From Raillietiella orientalis (Eukaryota): a DNA stretch of 64,000 nt. Within the stretch, counting starts at the first letter, position 1, and each line of letters starts with the position of its first letter. This document shows positions 25,307 to 37,500 of this stretch, piece by piece. Both the position numbers and the translations under genes were made by a program. The DNA lies in assembly GCA_036172245.1 (NCBI GenBank), contig JAYWIR010000006.1:372001-436000 (forward strand), written 5' to 3'. The notes under the pieces are model-generated. The model worked only from the letters and a program-made list of their open reading frames with translations. It had not been told where the DNA came from and made no database searches.

Positions 25307-27210
25307 TACTGAAGGACATGGAAGGTTTTTTGAGTAGGAGATTCATGTGTGGATGATGAACGTGAGGTCTGATATGATTGTGGGGATGTTGAGTGATGTT
25401 AGTAAGATTTCGGTGAAAAGGTATTGGAGGATAAGGCCTGGGAGTAGATAATAAGACAATCAGTGGGATTATAAATAGCGGTTTGGGGTCTATGGTAGAT
25501 GGTTTCAGGGTCTTATGGTAAAGGTTCGGATGTTTGTATGAGGATATGGGGATCAATTCCTCCTACACAGACGAGATATGGGATGATGAAGCATCATGAT
25601 ATAGGGTTAATTAGGATGGCCACGGAGAATGGTGCTTTCACGAAGGAGAGCTTTTTATAGGTATGGGAGAGGAAATCGGCGGAATAGGATATGCAAGGGA
25701 ATAAGAATATCTGAACGACTGCTGATACGTTGAATAATTCCAGCATTGGAAATAGCAATGGGAGTGGGCATGATAGTCGTGTTGTTTCGAGTTGGAGTTC
25801 TGCTCTAATAGGGTTCATGTTCCGAGGATCTTTTGAGATTGTGAGTAATGATGTTAAGGGGTTAGTTTCCGTGTAAGCAAGCCTACGGAAGATGAGCATG
25901 ACATCTTCATTCGTATGCTTTCTAGTATTTCTGAGGGGTTGATGGAATTTTGTTATAGTCGCGACTGACAGCGGTCTGTAGATATCATTGGATGTTCGAG
26001 CTCATGTTGCTTTTACTGGGTATGTTAGTGGTTTCAAGGAAGTGTTTTCAAGGATCGATGTGTTCTGATATTGTCCTTTTATGGAGGATGAGTTAAGTGG
26101 ACGAAGCCCGGTTTCCGGGGGGAGAGGCACAATCGATAAGGTGGGGTGTTACTTGCTACTCATTATTATAGCTCCGTTAATATTATATGCTGCAAGATGC
26201 ATAACATACCAATGAAAATAGTATATGCTGCAGTACAGGATGTGAGTAGGGACTGATGGGCTGATTTTATGAAAATAGCAGTTTTTTTGAGGTAATAGTT
26301 ACGTATAGAGGGTTGATTTCTTTTGTGTTCTATGCGTGTTTTTGAACAGAGTGATCCCAATGGTGAACATTGCAGTGTGATAAACTAGCAAGGGGAGGTT
26401 TTGTATCTAGGGTTTATCTGTGTATGACTATACGGTTATACGGTTTTGTAGGTCCTTGCTCGTTTTAATCGGATTTTGCAAACGATGTGGACTGAGTAAC
26501 TTAATGGAGGGTTATTGTTAATAGAGGTGAGGATGCAGAAGGAAGTCTTGTTGCTTATTATATGTTTCTAATTAAGTTTCCGGAGTATGATGTACACTGC
26601 GACATCCTAAATTTCAAATGGAGTCTATTTCTTAAAGTTCCACAATTCTTGGGAAGGTTATGATATAGTACGGTTGTTTGGGAAGTATAGGTATGGAACT
26701 GAAGTAAACGATGAGGGCTAGTATGGCTGAAGGTGTTATGGAACCATCATTCCTTCGATAGTTTGACTGTAAGGTGATATAGAGAGTTATGGAGTCATAG
26801 GGGAGTGCTTGTGGGTGAAAGACTAGTAGTTAAAGCGATGGGACGACTTGGTGTACCTTGCTTTGGGTGGCTCATGGGGATGTATGTTCCGGTCTTCTTC
26901 TTTAGCGGGATGCTATATCACGAGTCGCGAAGATGATCGATGCATTTAAAATGGGATAATTTTACAGATGAAATGGCTTGGGGATTTAACTATGGTGCTA
27001 AGTTTTCTCTATGAATGGTGTTCCTCAATTATGAAGTTAATCCGGAAAATTGTTGCTCACCATGAGAATTGTGGACAAAAAGTTGCATTTGGTGTCTTGT
27101 TCAGATATAGTAAAGTGGCTGAAGGGCAGATATCGAAAGTAGTTAGTGTGGCTGATAATATCTAAGGCTCAATGATTGTTGAGAGTGAGTACGGCATAAT
27201 AATGTATACT
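25306..27210 (-). pseudogene. NUMT continuation: degraded cox1-like (~27000-27200), cox2-like (~26300-26900) and atp6-like (~25306-25900) pieces
   Basis: NATFCPQ and LDIISHTNYF (cox1-like); SQTIEG..TPSAMLALI and VMHS*T (cox2-like); LFPC..FLSH, IIPYLVCV, NIRTFT (atp6-like); same C/A-rich strand skew as cytb. Confidence 0.55.
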
Positions 27211-27312
27211 ATTCATATAGTTATATCAAAATACAAATTGGTGCTATAATGAAATACGTATTGTTTTATATATTTATATAGTGTATCTTATTGTTTTACA
27301 TGTAGAAGAGAG

Positions 27313-27720
27313 GATCATGAGTATGAAAATATAATGACGCATTCATAAGTCAAGGTGATTGGACAAGAATAGTGATTTGTGTAGCAGGCGATCCTTGGCT
27401 TGTTCTTTGTGTTGGCACTGACTAGAGTGATGAATTTGAATGCGAAGCACAGGGGGAAGCACAGGAGATTTGAGGGCGGAAGGATTAGAATAAGGGCTGA
27501 TGACATCTTAGATAGTTTCTTCAAACTACTGGACTCAATGGATGTCCCCATGATGAGGCCAGCACTGAATCCCTCCGTAACGTTTTTATCTAACCTCAGA
27601 GATGCTTGACAGGAGCTTTCCAGGAAGTCTGAAACAAGGAGAGGCAATGCAATGCCGAGAACAGAGTCGAGCAACGATATAACTTCGAAGGCTAGGTATG
27701 ACCTTCGGTTCTTCACATTA
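27313..27720 (+). pseudogene. Orthomyxo nucleoprotein-like EVE, N-terminal part
   Basis: YENI, AILGLFFVLALTRVMNL (recalled thogoto EVIGSIIMAACTNNRDL), FLSNLRDA (flu NP HSNLNDA). Confidence 0.5.
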
Positions 27721-27722
27721 CC

Positions 27723-28140
27723 CCTTCATCCGCGCTAAAAGACTAAACCAAAAGACGTTTAGCAAAGTGGAAGACCGAGAACCGCTGCTGCAGTGGGCTT
27801 TCGAACCGATGTGGGCTTTCCTCATGTACTGAGCCGTCGAATGAGACCGCCTCAGCTCGAAGCGTGTCCCTATGACGCCATCATTGAGAAGCTGAAGAAC
27901 GCGACATGTTGGGAGTTGCTGATCTGCGAAACATTGAGCTCCCGTTGTGGATTCTTCCCTTCTTCATGATCCTCATTCAACAAAAGGGCAGCCAAGGTCA
28001 TCGTCCTAAACGTTGCTTGCTCAATCGAGAAGAGGAAATAAGATTCAGGATCCATCGTCAAGAGAAGCAGAGATGATATGCGGACGTAGGATGTCAGCTA
28101 TCTTCGATAGATGTGCAGCTTCACGCTGTTGCCGGGTGTC
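27723..28140 (+). pseudogene. PB2-like EVE (duplicated segment, copy 1)
   Basis: RAKRLNQKTFSKVEDR, DAIIEK, LNVACSIEK. Confidence 0.7.
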
Positions 28141-28173
28141 CGTGGGACCAAAAGAGTGTGCTTTTCGTGGACT
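27723..28173 (+). repeat. ~450-bp direct duplication, partner at 35746-36185
   Basis: Near-identical sequence read directly in both places. Confidence 0.95.
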
Positions 28174-28380
28174 GTATGGAGCCTGGAACAACCATCACTT
28201 CGCAAGACTATTGTGAAACGCCTTCAGAACTGCGGTGTGCCACTCAGAACCTATGACGTGAAATGCTGAGATCAGGAATCGTTCCTCTACTTCATGACAA
28301 CGCGCGCCTTGGCAATTCATGCTGTCCGCACATTCCAGGGGATTCAGAAATTCAAATGGGAACTTTTTGATCAACAGGAC
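28143..28380 (+). mobile_element. mariner (Tc1/mariner) transposase fragment
   Basis: WDQKSVLFVDCMEPGTTITSQDYCE...LLHDNAR...FKWELFD, matching the mariner catalytic region; contains a stop and a frameshift. Confidence 0.85.
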
Positions 28381-28389
28381 TCTTCTTCC

Positions 28390-29800
28390 ACCATGTTTGG
28401 AAAACAATGGTGCCTGCGACAGAAAAATGACACGGGGATGTATATGTGTCTGGAAGCGCTAATATTTTCTCTCCTTGTATCCGATCCGCCATTACCCTCG
28501 AAGTGGGCCTCGCATATGCCTGCATTAACCAGAGGACACGCGTGCACCAAAGCTGAAACCGCCATAGCTTCTGGCAATGGAAACTGGGTGCTCTTAGCTA
28601 TAACCGACCGATGCCAACTACTGACCCCCCAAAAAGCGTATAATTCCATGAACCCTCTACTACTGGCTATATAAGAGCCGTTCAATAGAATCTGGAAGCT
28701 TCTGGAATGCGAGTGCTCAAAGACGCAATCATACCATGCCCGCTTCTTTGCACAAAATTCGGACAGAAGAGCTTCCTGTAGGATCTTCAGCTTGATGAGG
28801 TGGCGAGTACCGCAGGATGCTTTGGAATCGCTGCACTACTGAGGCGTCTGCTACGCCGCGTGCTCCAGCAGTGTTTCGCATGCTTCCGCGTTTGGCGTCG
28901 CTTGTACGGCAAGCATTGCCCAGAGCGTAGCTTTCGAACGAAAGGCGATATGAGTGCAGCCTCACCAGGAGAAAGAGTTTGCCGGATAACTGCAGTCACA
29001 TATCCATCTCTGGTCCAAGAACGATGCAGCCTTAACTGGGGAGAAGGGGGGAGGCGAATACCCCCAGATTTCCGTGCAGAATGCTGGAAACGCTGTGCAA
29101 GGACGGGAGGCATTTCCGGAAGACGCTCCTTTGAGCACTCGCAGACTTGCTCACGATGCGTGATGCTCGCCATCGCTTACGAGGCAGAGATGACAGAGAA
29201 ATAAGCTTTTCTTCAAGAAGGGATCTCTGCACAGGGATGACGTATTGTGTGACGTGAAAAATGTATCCGTGCGCGGACGGTCCCTCTGCATCTCCTGCTG
29301 CATGCAACGGGCAGCCGATTTTTGTTTTTACAGAATGTTCTTCCTGAGAGTTCCTGCGCCCGAACATTCAGAGACAACAACATGGACATGATTTTCGAAG
29401 TTCCAGACGTCGCAGGAATCCCATCCCGACCTTGCGTGGAATGCCGACCGGCGGGACAGCCATGCTCGACGCTCCGGTCGGCCGACACCCCACCACCGCC
29501 GTGCGCCGTTTATTCTTCTGAACGTCCCGGAGCGTTGTTTCGGCCGGCATGGAGCGATGGACTGGGAACCGGAGCGGGCAAGAAGAATGCCACTGTGTAA
29601 TTATGGCAAAGCATCGCGATGGTCGTTGCCGGCGTTGACCGGTGCGATTTCTGGTCAGCTCTCTGAACTGCCAAAGAAAAGCGATTCAACCTCGAGCGAG
29701 TGCGTCTCCATAAGGATGCTCGTTGTCCACCTGCACTGGGACACACTGACGGAAATGGCAGACAGACTCTGTGCGCTGTACGCTGCGAATTACTGGAAAC
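28390..29800 (+). pseudogene. PB2-like EVE, C-terminal half
   Basis: LEALIFSLLVS (flu AEAIIVAMVFS), SMNPL, VP..LFLQNVLP matching the 33 kb copy, LSELPK. Confidence 0.6.
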
Positions 29801-30179
29801 ACATTGCGTGGAGCTGCTGCCAAAAAACAACGAATTTTCTAGTTCGGCGTTTGTAGAATAACGTTGTTTTGTTTCCGCCTATGCGCTGCAGACATTATGG
29901 GCACCCATGCTTTGTAGCTACGAGAATGCCGCAGACTTGCCCATTGCCCACACAAAGTGTAAATCGGAACGTAAATAATTCGGAAGTCGCAAAAAGTTCT
30001 TCAGGCAGGAAACGAAAACAAGAGGACCGCAGCTGAAAGGACAACTGCCGTTTGTGCTTACACACTGAGAGCTCTCGCAGGACGAGCGCGGAAGTGAAGC
30101 AGCTGCAGAGGAGGATCGTCTGGAGAGAATTCAAGCTGCGGGTCACGCCCAAATTGCTGTTCGCCCGAGAGAGGGAGGT

Positions 30180-31300
30180 GGGACCGGGATGACGTCGCTA
30201 TGACAGACCATCGACCACGTGGATGCGCGGCAACTCTTGGCTCGCACCACCGAATGGGAACAGTGGCCTTTTGCAGCCCACACATCCTTTTCGAAGATGA
30301 TCAACAGCTCGAGCTGCCTGATGTCGGCGCTCATAAACAAACATGAAGAATGGGGCAGCATGGACCGCACGTAGAAAGCGAAGCAGACACTGGCGGCGAA
30401 CCACGCTTCAAGATCGTGCCTAGAAGCATATAATTGTGGAATGAAGAATTGGCCATAGTTATGGCGCATTTCGTACCGGTAAATCAAAAGACACCTGGAA
30501 GAGCCCACCAGTGACCATCCGTGACTGCGAACAGTCGACAGCCAGTGGCAATTTCCACAAGATGCGACTGCTTTGCCAACGATGAGAGGGAAATTCACCT
30601 GCAAGACGCGAGTGCTTTGGAAATATCAGCCATCCGATGCTTGCATCTTGACGACCAGAGCCAGCATCTGCGGTGTAATGATGGAAAACTACCGAAAAGA
30701 GAACGTGGTTGCCATGGCTGCCAACCGCTACGAGATACGCGGATGGAGAGCCTGCAAGCGATTGGAGATACAGCCTTTCAGAGTGACCTACCACCACAAT
30801 CTGAGGATGACCAGCTCATGTTTTACCGTGGGGGCATCCTAAGTGGAAGCGGATTCAGACATTGGACAGGAAACATCGGCGATGAACTGTGGTGGCAGGG
30901 AAACCCGGATCCACGTCCTCGCCTGCTCGCCGCTGCGCCAGGACCGGAGCACGCTAAAGAGCACGGTGATTGGTCTGCAAAAAACCACAAGAGTACGCAT
31001 TTTAGCCGGAATGTTCGATGGCAGCGCAAACGTTCCGCGATACAATCCTATGGTTCGGACCACAATCACCCTCCTCATCACGAGCGTCGTGATCAGAAGG
31101 GCAAAGATGAGGAACACGATGGCTGCAGCTCCCGCCATCAGCATACTACAGGGGCTGACCGGACGAGAGATAGGGATCAGGAACCGAGGCAGTATATTCT
31201 CCTGAACGTACCGCTACACCTTGAAGAATAGAGTGGACTCTGCCCAAGCGAGTGAACTGCTCTCCAGCCCCCAGAGACTCTACCAAAGAAAAGAACCTCC
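30180..31300 (+). pseudogene. PB2-like EVE, N-terminal half, one frame with several stops
   Basis: WPFAAHTSFSKMI (flu YPITADKRITEMI), GVMMEN..VVA, EIQPFRVTY (flu KISPLMVAY); GxF..PxxAC shared with the 34 kb copy. Confidence 0.65.
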
Positions 31301-31449
31301 ATAATGACTTTCTGAAGGACACAATGTGTGAAAAACAGCGAGCTGGGAGAACGCAGAGAGAATATGTGACCGACTCGATGAGATGGATGCAGCCGTACCT
31401 TTTTTGTCGTTTGATGAATTCACCCCTCTGTTGGTCGGAGGAGGGAAAC

Positions 31450-31750
31450 TGAGGGCAACACCTTGAAAAACTTCTACAAGCAGTCGTGGCATCATTATGG
31501 CGAGCAACGATTTTCTCACTTTCCTCACACCTTTCTTTATGTACGTATACAGAGTGGCATCTAATAATTTTTCAACAAAAAGTGTTTGGATTGTTCGCTC
31601 AGCAGAGAATGGATAATTCGACTTTCTCTGATCGTAGAGGCTTTTCAAGAAATTAATTGAACATATTTGGTTTTCCTTTTGAAAGTTTAACCAAATTCTA
31701 ATACCAAAAAAGGGTAGTAATGCTCCAAACGCATGACAAATGGCCACCTT
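31450..31750 (-). pseudogene. PB2-like EVE, N-terminus
   Basis: QKENQ..SNYPFSAERTI vs flu QEKNP..MKYPITADKRI. Confidence 0.55.
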
Positions 31751-32769
31751 CTAACGATATAATCCTAAACGATATAATCCTATCCATGCGTGAAAAGGTG
31801 TGTGCATTTCAGCGACTCGATTGCCTTTCGGCCCGCGAACACCTTCCTCTTTTTCCGCATTGCCCAGAAAGGGATGGTTCAGCTCCCCACTTGCCCCCCG
31901 CACCCGTTGCTTCCTTCTCCTCTTTCAGCCTTGCTCCTGTTCGCTGGTAGACCGTCCGCCACCAGACGTGCTTCCTGGTCGGTGGTCAGCTGGCTGCTGC
32001 CCCGCGTACGCGCACCTGTGTGCCGGCGCCTGCGCCACGGGGCCTGCAGGGTCCAGGCGTGGTTTCCAGGGTGACGCCATTCTTGACTGCCATTCGGATT
32101 GAGCCCCCCTTGGGAAAGACGAGCCAGCCATGCGCTTCGGCAAACGCTTGCTACGCTTCTTTTCGAGGATCTGTCCGTGCTTGGGGACGAAGCGCCGCCG
32201 CGACGCACCACCTCCGCCACCTCCGCCCAACACCCCGCGCTCCGAGCGAGTCTCTTTCGTCGAGGTCCAGCTCGTTGGATTGGAAACGGAACGGGAGGAA
32301 GACGACGTCCTGTGGGACATCCGCTACCTCTTCGTCTAGGTGTTGTCGCTTCGCTGCTGCGCTCGCGTTCCCCTTGCGCGCAGCTCGGTTTGTTCGTGCT
32401 CGTGGTTTGCTTGTGCCACTCGAGCCGCTTGACGCCAACCAGCTCGGATCGGCTTGCCCCCACCCATCATCCCCCTTCCCTGCCCCTCCCCCTTGCCCGC
32501 GGAGCGCGTGCGTCCCTCCCCTCCATCCCTCCCGCGTTCGCCTAGCTGGTGTGCGGCCTCGCAGCCAGCGCTCGGCTCTCGGGCGACCGCCGATTGCACC
32601 CACCCGAAGCAGTGGGCCGGCTGGGCGCGGAAGCGCGCCGAGGCCCCTGCGGCCGCACCGTCATGCCGACGGAAAAAACAACCCACCTTGGTGCGGTGCG
32701 CAGCCCCCACGCAATCGGCAGGAAGTTTCCCCGGTCCCTTGAGGTGAGTGTGCGCGAGCACGTCGTCGC

Positions 32770-33768
32770 TCACGTCACGGGCAGCTCGTTGCTAGCATGC
32801 ACGCTGCCACCCGGATCGGGGAAGCAGGAGACCAGCTCCCACGGACCTCTGCTCAGAGGTAAGTGGGCCTGCACGCTGGCAGCGGGCAGCTGCGGCAGTA
32901 CCGCCCCGGTTCCTCGGCAGGGCGTGTCACCTGCGCTCTTGCGGGTTGACCTCACTGAAGCGAAGACAGCGGAAGGCCCTCGTGGTTGCAGCCAGTCAGC
33001 TCCGGCTGACCTTGCGTTCTGGTCGCTGCGCTCCTCTAAGAGCTGCAGCAGTGTGCGACGGGTGCTTCCGCCCCGCAGCAAATGGCAGCCTCTGTTTCCG
33101 GCAACGTCAAGCGACACCGCTCGTGCACCACCGACCTTGCCGCTCGTCTTCGACGCCAGCAAGGCAGCAGCACAAGGCAGTTGCTGGTGCCTTGCCGCCA
33201 ACGGCTGCGGCCCTGGACACGTCCCTCCTGCAGCAGCAGGCAGGTACGTTGCCAAACGCAAGCTTCCGTCGCGGAACAGGCTGGCGGGCGCCATCCACGG
33301 CACACCTCCGGGATGTGTTCTGCACCTGGCGAGACCTCGCCAGGTGGGCATCCCATCGCGTTTCACGACCACGCTCGTTCGTTGGCCCCGCGCGCCACAA
33401 CGCGTCCTCCGATTGCCTGAGAATTATCCCAGCGCAGCCTTCGTTCGCTTCAGCATTCGACGGCAGCAAACGAAAGCAGCCGGCAGAAGCAGCGAAACGC
33501 ACAGCCAGGCTGCAATTGACCATCCAATCGGCTGCTTTCTTGGAATCTTCCAGATCGAGGACATGCGACGAAATACAGGAAACGCGATGCAATTGAAAAC
33601 ATCTCTGGAAACAACCGGTGCCATCATCACCCTGAGCAGTCTTTTCGAATGCACAGATGAGCATGATGCAGCATGATGTCGGCATGCTTTGAGTCTGCTG
33701 CTCAACAGTGGCCCATCATTGCAGATTGCGGAAGGCTCTCGAGGCGCGCGTCTCGGACGCAACTCCAT
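32770..33768 (-). pseudogene. PB2-like EVE, 627 and NLS domains; ~330 codons with one stop
   Basis: MSSIWKI, TYLPAAA, VSLDVAGNRGCHLLRGGS (flu LTVNVRGSGMRILVRGNS), PSAVF. Confidence 0.7.
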
Positions 33769-33975
33769 GTAAGTGCTTTCTTCCAGTGTGAAATTCGTAC
33801 TAGCCGATGGTACGCTTTTCCTTACTCACAGGCACATCACGGCAGCCTCTGTATAACTTGTATAATACTTGCCACACATTAAGATCGACATTCTACAGAT
33901 TGTCTGCCTAGCAATCGTTGTTGGAAAAGTACATTCTCACACCACGACAATCTTCCTTCCCAAGTACATTACATA

Positions 33976-34674
33976 ATGAAACGCAGGAACCTCGTGCACT
34001 GGAAAGAATGCAAAAACATTCATTCAAAGGACACGCGTTGCGGTTTGTCTTTGCACTTCATTTCGAAAGCTCCGTTCAGTGCAAAAAGCACTCGACTTCC
34101 GTCTCCACAGCTTCGGATTTCATCAGGAAATCCTTCGGTGAGCCAATCGTTCATTATTACGATTCTTTCTCGACACTTGCAATCCGATATCATAGCGACG
34201 GTCGCTGGTGCACCAGAGCTCCTTGGAAGTCACCGATCCAACGGACGCATACTCTCAATGCTTGGATGCATCGAATGGTGGGTACGCAATACGCTGAGAG
34301 CACACGAGCCAGGCGACCGAAAGCAGAGAGACGCTCCTGAATCACCACGAACAGCATCGACGAGAAGTGGCAATCGGATGCGTTGTCGGAAGAACGATGC
34401 TCCCAGCCAACGAGGAAACCTCTCCGATGCGAACGAGCAGACAATTGGCGCCAACGGGAGTTTCCAAAGGAGACACAGCAAGTCGACGGCTGCAGTGCCC
34501 TTCTCCGCATGCGATCCTCGTTTCACGCAACCGATGGATTCCAATAAAGGACGCTTGCCTGCAATGATGCAGGACTGGTACGAAAGAAATTTTCAGAATC
34601 CAGACTGCATGGGACCACTGCTAGCATATCAAGCCCAAGCTTGCAGTTCTGTTCTTGCAGTCCGCGCTGCATGA
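33976..34674 (+). pseudogene. PB2-like EVE, N-terminal third, 232-codon open frame
   Basis: SKAPFSAK; GRILSMLGCIEWWVRN aligns without gaps to flu DRVMVSPLAVTWWNRN. Confidence 0.7.
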
Positions 34675-34829
34675 GGGAGATGACCACCACCTAGCGCTAA
34701 TGCAGGGTGGGGCACGAAGCCAATGCGAATCCCTACACGGATTCCCATTCTCACCGCACCACCGCATGCGAAGGCTTCTGGCCGCCCTCCGCTCACCAAG
34801 GCGCACCAACTAGTAGTTAGCAAGGTTAG

Positions 34830-35600
34830 CGAAGTTCACTCGAGTTCTGCCGTTGCAAGAAGCATCCGCAATCCACAATCGATGGAAACCAAGCTTTCCA
34901 CACTATCTCGGTTTTCCCTGTTGCAGGTAAGCCAAGCCATTCCTACCCGAACAGTGGGCGATGTTCTACACCGAAGTTCGATTCGTCCTTTCCATTCCTG
35001 CTTCCGCTCCTTTACGTATTCTTTCGTGAGTAATAAGGTAACCCTTGGTTCAGTACTGCTTTAGACAGTTTTTGCACTCCGTCCCTCTGGAGAGGTTGGG
35101 AAGTCAACTGCAGTTCTCAGATCAGCCCTTTCAGCCAAGGTCGGTATCGTCATTCGTCCGTCCCAGCCTGTCTTTTGGCCAAGCGAGCAGGCGGCGCTGA
35201 GGCGCTCGTTCGGTTTCTCGCGCATGGTCACCGAGAGTTACCAGCTCGAGCAAGTTTGCCCCTTGGCCCAGGACAACACATGGATTTCCTGCCTCTTCGC
35301 TAACTGTTGTCTCTGGAAACAGAAGTGTTCAGGCGTGGCCGGCAAGAACGGCAAGAGCTCGCAGTAAACATGGCGGTGCGTGTGAGTCTCCAGCTACGAT
35401 CGCTGCTCGCAGCTAGAAATCACGGACTGCATGAGGAAGACCACCTGAGCAGTGAGCATTCCACTTGCAGCCACTCTCGGAACAATACAACAAAGTGGAT
35501 ATTGCGGGGGTCCTTCGAGATGGGATGCATCCGGCCAGATCACGGGAAGGGAGCAGCTGGGATTCTGGACGGCGCGTCAACTGTCTGACGCATGCACCCC
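34830..35600 (-). pseudogene. PB2-like EVE, mid region
   Basis: ELLPFLPATPE, EIHVLS (matches RIHVLA at 30.9 kb), WKGRIE. Confidence 0.5.
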
Positions 35601-35639
35601 CGCCGCCCTCCATAGGAATTCCTTCCTGAGTGGAACTGC

Positions 35640-36150
35640 TAGACATTCCTCCTGAAGAGGATGAAATATCCTCAATGTTTATGGACAACTCCATGCTTCC
35701 GTTTACGTGGCAGCTACACGCATTGCAGTGGTTGCACTACTGATGCCTTCGTCCGCGCTGAAAGACTAAACCAAAAGACGTTTAGCAAAGTGGAAGACCG
35801 AGAACCGCTGCTGCAGGCCGATGTGGGCTTTCCTCTTGTACTGAGCCGTCGAATGAGACCGCCTCAGCTCGAAGCGTGTCCCTATGACGTCATCGTTGAG
35901 AAGCTGAAGAACGCGACATGTTGGGAGTTGCTGATCTGCGAAACATTGAGCTCCCGTTGTGGATTCTTCCCTTCTTCATGATCCTCATTCAACAAAAGGG
36001 CAGCCAAGGTCATCGTCCTAAACGTTGCTTGCTCAATCGAGAAGAGGAAATAAGATTCAGGACCCATCGTCAAGAGAAGCAGAGATGATATGCGGACGTA
36101 GGACGTCAGCTATCTTCGATAGATGTGCAGCTTCGCACTGTTTCCGGGTC
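35640..36150 (+). pseudogene. PB2-like EVE (duplicated segment copy 2, longer at 5')
   Basis: MKYP, RAERLNQKTFSKVEDR (flu RVERLKHGTFGPVHFR), DVIVEK (flu DVIMEV). Confidence 0.78.
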
Positions 36151-36568
36151 TCCGTGGGACCAACAGAGTGTGCTTTTCGTGGACTACCGTCAGAGAAATG
36201 GGTGAGTTTGGGTCCCTTCCCCCCCCCCACGCGAGATATCACTGGTTGCTCTATATACGGGTGCGGCACTGTTTGGGCTGAACATCGAGATGCCCTCGAT
36301 GGGTGACGGGATCGGAAGTTGAGCCATCCGGGGTCCTTCTAGTGATCAGAATCAAGAATCGAATAAGGAGGAAGAACCTTTTGGGTTCCCTTCGAATACA
36401 ACCACGGCGGAGGTTCTTTTAAGTGTGCCCTCCTAAGAGTGAGAGGAACGTAGTGTTTTCTCCGTAGCCCTTCCTGGATTCATAGGTTCGCCTCCTTCCT
36501 TGGTCAGCCCCTAACACGAAGTCTCTAAATGCCCCACTCTAAGGGGAGGTTGTGGGTGTCCAAAGGCA

Positions 36569-37500
36569 ATGGGGATCACTGCAAGTCTTCCTTCGGAACT
36601 CGCGCTTCAGCACAAAAGTTCACGAAGTGGGGCATTCGGGTTCGCGGTGTCCGTACGCTGTCCCGTCGTCCACTTACCCATTCATCTTCACCAGGTGGAG
36701 CTTTCAGAAGTAGCCTCCCATCTAGCCGCAAGACTGCTGCTTACATGTTCCCTCAGAGAGGGGAGCGACGTGATCACGTGGTGGAGCCGGGTAAGCTGCT
36801 CTCCACCGAAAGACGGTGCGATGATCCCCAGGCTGCGAGCAGCAGGAGCACCTTCATTGCATATACAAACTGCACACCAAGAGAGGATAAATGGCGCGTC
36901 AGTTGCGAAATCAGTCAGAAGACGAGGGAACTTGGTAGTTGGACCACAAGCCAAATGACGTACGCTGCGACTTGAAAGTACCCATCGAAGGTACTATTTC
37001 GTTAGAATGAGCATCTAGGAATCTCACAGGAAGCCCTCGAGTGACCCCCAGAGCTGAAAAACAACCACTTTCTGCCCCTGAACTGCCAGAAGTCGCTGTT
37101 GTACTGGAGCCTGCCGTACAACGCTCGCCGGTCTCACTGGACCCGGGGGCTGTGGACCGAACTCTGTCAGGTGCTGGGTACGGGAACCCATGTCACGCAG
37201 CTGCTCGCAGATTGTGGTGCTCTCCGCGCCCTGTGCTTCCGTTACGCAGCGGTCCTTGGTCCACCGACGGATGATCCCAAGGACGTGATGAAGCGCATCT
37301 TCGTGCGCGATGCTCTTTTGCCTGCCGTATCCCCAGCATTCCTATGCTGCCTACGTGGAATTGTGGCGGCCTTGCGCTACGCGAGAGGAGGACGGCGCGA
37401 TAAGGACGCCACCGCTTCGCCCTGTACTTCCTGTGGACGGCAGCAAGATGGCTCCACCTGTGGCATACTCGGATGGAACTTGCCAGCATCCTGGAAAGGA
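36569..37500 (+). pseudogene. PB2-like EVE, N-terminal to mid region
   Basis: VITWWSR (flu AVTWWNR), VAVVLEPAVQR (flu VAYMLERELVR), DDPKDV. Confidence 0.65.

Noticed and set aside
32549..33676. 375-aa plus-strand ORF
   Set aside because: Antisense shadow of the minus-strand PB2-like frame in GC-rich sequence
33911..33921. Quaranjavirus-like segment terminus AGCAATC upstream of the 34 kb ORF
   Set aside because: Only 7 nt match; expected by chance; no complementary end found
27723..36185. LTR retrotransposon bounded by the 450-bp repeats
   Set aside because: The repeats are PB2/mariner coding remnants; no TG..CA ends, PBS, gag or pol recognised between them
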